From an uncultured Arcobacteraceae bacterium (lineage in GTDB: Bacteria; Campylobacterota; Campylobacteria; Campylobacterales; Arcobacteraceae), in the NCBI GenBank assembly GCA_964022095.1, contig CAXHZO010000017.1, positions 1 through 51,837 of the forward strand: 51,837 nt of DNA. Direction: 5' to 3'. Shown piece by piece: positions 48,326-51,837 of the stretch. The first letter of the stretch is position 1. Each line of letters opens with the position of its first letter. The notes beneath the pieces are model-generated. The model was not told the DNA's origin, made no database searches, and worked only from the letters and a program-made list of their open reading frames with translations. The translations under genes were made by a program, and so were the position numbers.

Positions 48326-49118
48326 TCTGTTTTAACTCTTTAACTTCTTTTCTTAATTCTCTTAATTCAGTTAATAACATATCTATTTTTTCATGATCTT
48401 CATGCATCTCTTCTTTCATATCTGCTTCTTGAAGTTTTTGCATCTCCCCAATTATAACAGCAACAAAAAGATTGAAGAAAACAAATGCGGCAATAATTAC
48501 AAAAGATACAAAATAAACCCAAGCCCATGGATATACTTCCATTGCTTCATACATAACATCTGTCCAGTCTTCAAATGTTAAAACTCTAAATAGTGTTAAC
48601 ATAGATACTAAAAAATCTTTCCATAATCCAGATGGTAAATCAACAAAGAAAAAACTTCCAATAATTGCATATATATAAAAAATTATAAACATCAATATAA
48701 CAATATCAATAATAGAAGGAATTGCCTTTATTAACATATCAATAATTGCTTTTAACTCAGGACGTGCTGTAAATAACCTAAGAACTCTAAATACCCTCAT
48801 AAGACGTGCAATTGCTGCAAAACTTGAAGACTCTAAAGGAAGAAGTGTAACTACAACAATTACAAAATCAAAGACATTCCATCCTGATTTAAAAAAGTTT
48901 AAAAACTTTTTCTCCGCAACCATTTTTATAGCTAATTCAAAAATAAAATATACTGTAACAAAATAATCAGCAAATCTTAAAAATATGTCATAACTAGTTT
49001 GTACTTCATCTAAAGTCTTAAACCCTAATATAGAAGCATATGCAATAATAATTGCTGTAGTTAAATTAGAAAACCATCTTGAATCTCGAACTTGTTCTAT
49101 TTTATCAATTGCAGTCAT
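48312..49118 (-). CDS. 6-TM voltage-gated cation channel (BacNav-like)
   Basis: GWNVFDF, S4 RLMRVFRVLR, pore filter TFEDWTD, NLFVAVI, C-terminal coiled coil. Confidence 0.92.
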   Translation of the reverse strand: MTAIDKIEQVRDSRWFSNLTTAIIIAYASILGFKTLDEVQTSYDIFLRFADYFVTVYFIFELAIKMVAEKKFLNFFKSGWNVFDFVIVVVTLLPLESSSFAAIARLMRVFRVLRLFTARPELKAIIDMLIKAIPSIIDIVILMFIIFYIYAIIGSFFFVDLPSGLWKDFLVSMLTLFRVLTFEDWTDVMYEAMEVYPWAWVYFVSFVIIAAFVFFNLFVAVIIGEMQKLQEADMKEEMHEDHEKIDMLLTELRELRKEVKELKQTKQE

Positions 49119-49121
49119 TTA

Positions 49122-49511
49122 CTATTCATCCTTTAAAATACTATAAGTTGTTATTAACCATCCAATAATTAACATAGTTCCACCAATTGGAGTTATTGCC
49201 CCTAAAATTGGCATATCTAAAATTACTAATAAATATAAAGAAAATGAGAAAATAAAAGTTCCAATTACTACTAACCATGAAGCAATAACTAATTTTTTAA
49301 TTTCCTCTTTAAAATTAATTAAAAACCCTAAACATAAAAGTCCCAATGTATTATAAAATTGATATTGTATACCCGTATGATAAACTGTTAACATTTCTTG
49401 TGTAAGTATTGATTTTAAGCCATGGGCTCCAAAAGCACCTAAAGCAATTGCTAAAGCCATAGAAAAAGTTGCTATTGCAATGAAGTTTTTTGATTGTTTT
49501 TTTAAATTCAT
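49122..49511 (-). CDS. DUF423 (YgdD/TMEM256) membrane protein
   Basis: GAFGAHGL, GAITPIGG. Confidence 0.9.
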   Translation of the reverse strand: MNLKKQSKNFIAIATFSMALAIALGAFGAHGLKSILTQEMLTVYHTGIQYQFYNTLGLLCLGFLINFKEEIKKLVIASWLVVIGTFIFSFSLYLLVILDMPILGAITPIGGTMLIIGWLITTYSILKDE

Positions 49512-49519
49512 AATAATAT

Positions 49520-49540
49520 CTTCCCAAGTTTTTTGGGAAG
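49520..49540 (-). terminator. Putative terminator hairpin
   Basis: CTTCCCAA-GTTTT-TTGGGAAG downstream of 49558..49854. Confidence 0.45.
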
Positions 49541-49557
49541 TATATCAAATTTCTGTT

Positions 49558-49854
49558 TTATTTATCTTTTTTTTCTTTCTTTTCTTTTTTCTCTTTTAAC
49601 TCTTTTTTCTTAGAAAAACCTGCACCTTTTTTTTCTTTCTTTTTTAATTCTAAATCATTAATCAGATCTTTATAGTCAATTCCTTCTTGATTCATTTTAG
49701 CAAAACAAGCTGCAATAGATGCAATTGTATTTGGAACTTCTTTCTTTTTTTTGTAAGCTTGAATATTCTTTTCACTAACTTTTATTAATGCAGTAAACTT
49801 TGGTATAGTTAACTCAGCATCTAATAAAAGTTTTTTAAAGTCTATAAATGTCAT
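49558..49854 (-). CDS. Small HTH-like protein with Lys-rich tail
   Basis: LTIPKFTALIKVSEKNIQAYK resembles an XRE helix-turn-helix. Confidence 0.55.
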   Translation of the reverse strand: MTFIDFKKLLLDAELTIPKFTALIKVSEKNIQAYKKKKEVPNTIASIAACFAKMNQEGIDYKDLINDLELKKKEKKGAGFSKKKELKEKKEKKEKKDK

Positions 49855-49911
49855 TTTTGATCCATTATTTCAATTTGTTTTGATTATACTCATTAATTTT
49901 TAAAATAACTC

Positions 49912-50358
49912 TTATAGATAATCAGATTCCCAAAAAAAATCAATCCACTCATTAGCTTCTCTAACACAATAATCAGGTTTTAAAATAGCAGTTTTCTTAT
50001 AAAATAACGTTGCTAATTTAAAATCGACATTTGGAAACTTTTCATTTAAAAGTTTTAAAATTGCTTCCATAGTCTCACCCGAATCTACAATATCATCAAT
50101 AATTAAAACTCTTTTTGCATGTGAAATATCAGGAATGTTAAAAATATTAAATGTATCTAATTTTAATTCCCCTTCATAATGAATAGAGTTTAGTGTATAT
50201 AAATTTCTCATATCTAAAGCTTGTGCCATACAATGCCCTAAAGTTAAACCACCTCTTGCTACTGCTAATAAAACATCAGCATCATAATCTTTACACTTAT
50301 CAACTAGTATCTTTGTATCTTTTTTAAATGAATCATAATCATAATATAATTTTTCCAA
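49912..50358 (-). CDS. Purine phosphoribosyltransferase-family protein
   Basis: AVARGG, LIIDDIVDSGET PRPP motif, WIDFFWE. Confidence 0.88.
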   Translation of the reverse strand: MEKLYYDYDSFKKDTKILVDKCKDYDADVLLAVARGGLTLGHCMAQALDMRNLYTLNSIHYEGELKLDTFNIFNIPDISHAKRVLIIDDIVDSGETMEAILKLLNEKFPNVDFKLATLFYKKTAILKPDYCVREANEWIDFFWESDYL

Positions 50359-50367
50359 TATTTTTCC

Positions 50368-51660
50368 TTATAAAATAAATGCTAATGCACTAATAATTGT
50401 AATAACCAATATACCTAAATTTAGATCTACAAACTCTTTTTTAACTAATTTAATAATTGTATAAATTAAAAAACCAGCAGCAATTCCATTAGTAATAGAA
50501 AAAGTTAAGGGCATTAAAATAACAATTAAAAATGCTCCTGCACTAGTTGCTAAATCAGTATCCTCAAAATTAATTTTACCAAGTTCTGTGAACATTAAAA
50601 CACCAACAACAACTAATACAGGATAAATTGCATTAGAAGGAATAGATTTAAATAGAGGGAGTAAAAATAAAGTTGCAATGAAAAAAGCTGCTGTAAATAC
50701 AGCTGTTAAACCAGTTCTTCCTCCCTCTTCAACTCCACTTGCACTTTCAATAAATGATGTAGTAGTAGAAACACCCAGTAAACTCCCTGCAGTTGTAGCA
50801 ATAGCATCTGCTTCAAGTGTTTTTTGTAGTGATTTATCATTTTTGTTGTTTTCTTGAAACAGTTTAGCCCTTGTACCAACACCAGTTAAAGTTCCTAAGG
50901 TATCAAACATATCGGTAATTAAAAAAGTAACAATTACAGGTAATAAAGATAAAGATAAAGCACTTAAAATATCAAGTTCTAAAAAAATTGGTGAAATTGA
51001 TGATGGTGCTGAGAATACCGCTTTTGGAAGTTCTCCTAAACCAAATACCCAAGCAACAATAGAAGTTAACGCAATAGATAAAATAAAAGCGCCTCTTAAT
51101 CTATATGCATAAAAAGCAAAAGATAATATCAAGCCTAACACACCTAGTAAAACTTCAGGATTTGAAAAATCACCTAAAGAGACTAAGGTTGCTTCATTTG
51201 AAGTAATCATACCCATTTGTTTTAAACCAATAAAAGCAATAAATGAACCAATTCCAGCACTAATAGCTCTTCTTAAATTCATAGGTATTGATGTCATAAT
51301 CCATACCCTAAAATTTGTAAGAGATAATAATACAAATAAAATACCAGATAAAAATACAATACCTAATGCAGTTTGCCATGGAATTTGCATTCCTAAAACT
51401 AAGCCGTATGAGAAATATGCATTAAGTCCCATTCCTACACTCATTGCAATTGGAGTATTGGACCAAAGACCTGAAAAAAGTGTTGCTAAAATTGTGATTA
51501 AAGCTGTGGCAGTAATAACTGCATCCATTGGTAAACCAGCATCTGCTAAAATAAATCCATTAACAGGAACAATATATACCATCGTTAAAAATGTGGTAAA
51601 ACCAGCAAAAAATTCAGTTTTTACTGATGTGTTGTTTTGTGATAACTTAAATAAACTCAT
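50368..51660 (-). CDS. NCS2/AzgA-family purine permease
   Basis: AGFTTFLTM, GMGLNAYF, IESASGVEEGGRTGL. Confidence 0.93.
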   Translation of the reverse strand: MSLFKLSQNNTSVKTEFFAGFTTFLTMVYIVPVNGFILADAGLPMDAVITATALITILATLFSGLWSNTPIAMSVGMGLNAYFSYGLVLGMQIPWQTALGIVFLSGILFVLLSLTNFRVWIMTSIPMNLRRAISAGIGSFIAFIGLKQMGMITSNEATLVSLGDFSNPEVLLGVLGLILSFAFYAYRLRGAFILSIALTSIVAWVFGLGELPKAVFSAPSSISPIFLELDILSALSLSLLPVIVTFLITDMFDTLGTLTGVGTRAKLFQENNKNDKSLQKTLEADAIATTAGSLLGVSTTTSFIESASGVEEGGRTGLTAVFTAAFFIATLFLLPLFKSIPSNAIYPVLVVVGVLMFTELGKINFEDTDLATSAGAFLIVILMPLTFSITNGIAAGFLIYTIIKLVKKEFVDLNLGILVITIISALAFIL

Positions 51661-51837
51661 GATTTTCCCTATATAAAGTAGTTAAGATTATATTTAATTT
51701 TTAATAAGACTTTAATTACAAATAGATTACATATGTGTGTAGTTTATAATCAATTAATCACTAATAATAAAAAGTAAGAAGAAATAAAAAAAAGGTAAAA
51801 AAAAAGCTTTTAGCTAAAAGAACAAAGAAAGTTCAAA

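Noticed and set aside
49558-49650. T-rich tract resembling a simple repeat or phase-variable site
   Set aside because: It encodes the Lys/Glu-rich tail of the ORF in frame; no long homopolymer disrupts a gene.

Overview
AT-rich chromosomal window, most likely from an Arcobacteraceae (Campylobacterota) genome. This is inferred from the gene content and order (tlpA-ftsY ... radA; murJ-msbA-pyrD-M16 peptidase-dapA-SDR-pgsA-rseP; oorDABC; perR with desulforubrerythrins; pldA). Most of it is housekeeping. The notable exception is ~4955-10850, between ftsY and radA, which holds a minus-strand integron-type gene-cassette array with no integrase gene. It has five intact attC sites (68-70 bp x4, 131 bp x1), one collapsed attC, and a head site with attI-like architecture just downstream of a TATAAT promoter. 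In all six cassettes the entry core (G|TT...) is the exact reverse complement of that cassette's own R'' box, as expected after integrase-mediated insertion. The cargo is rich in candidate anti-phage effectors (three HEPN-like proteins and one TIR/NDT-like protein), and also includes a mini MreB-like protein, a tautomerase and a GNAT. Other points of interest are a 6-TM voltage-gated cation channel with an unusual TFEDWTD filter, a Mesh1-like HD hydrolase with a broken HDxxED motif, and a truncated globin embedded in a core operon. No rRNA, tRNA, CRISPR array or IS element was recognised. All protein calls come from motif recognition by eye, not database searches.
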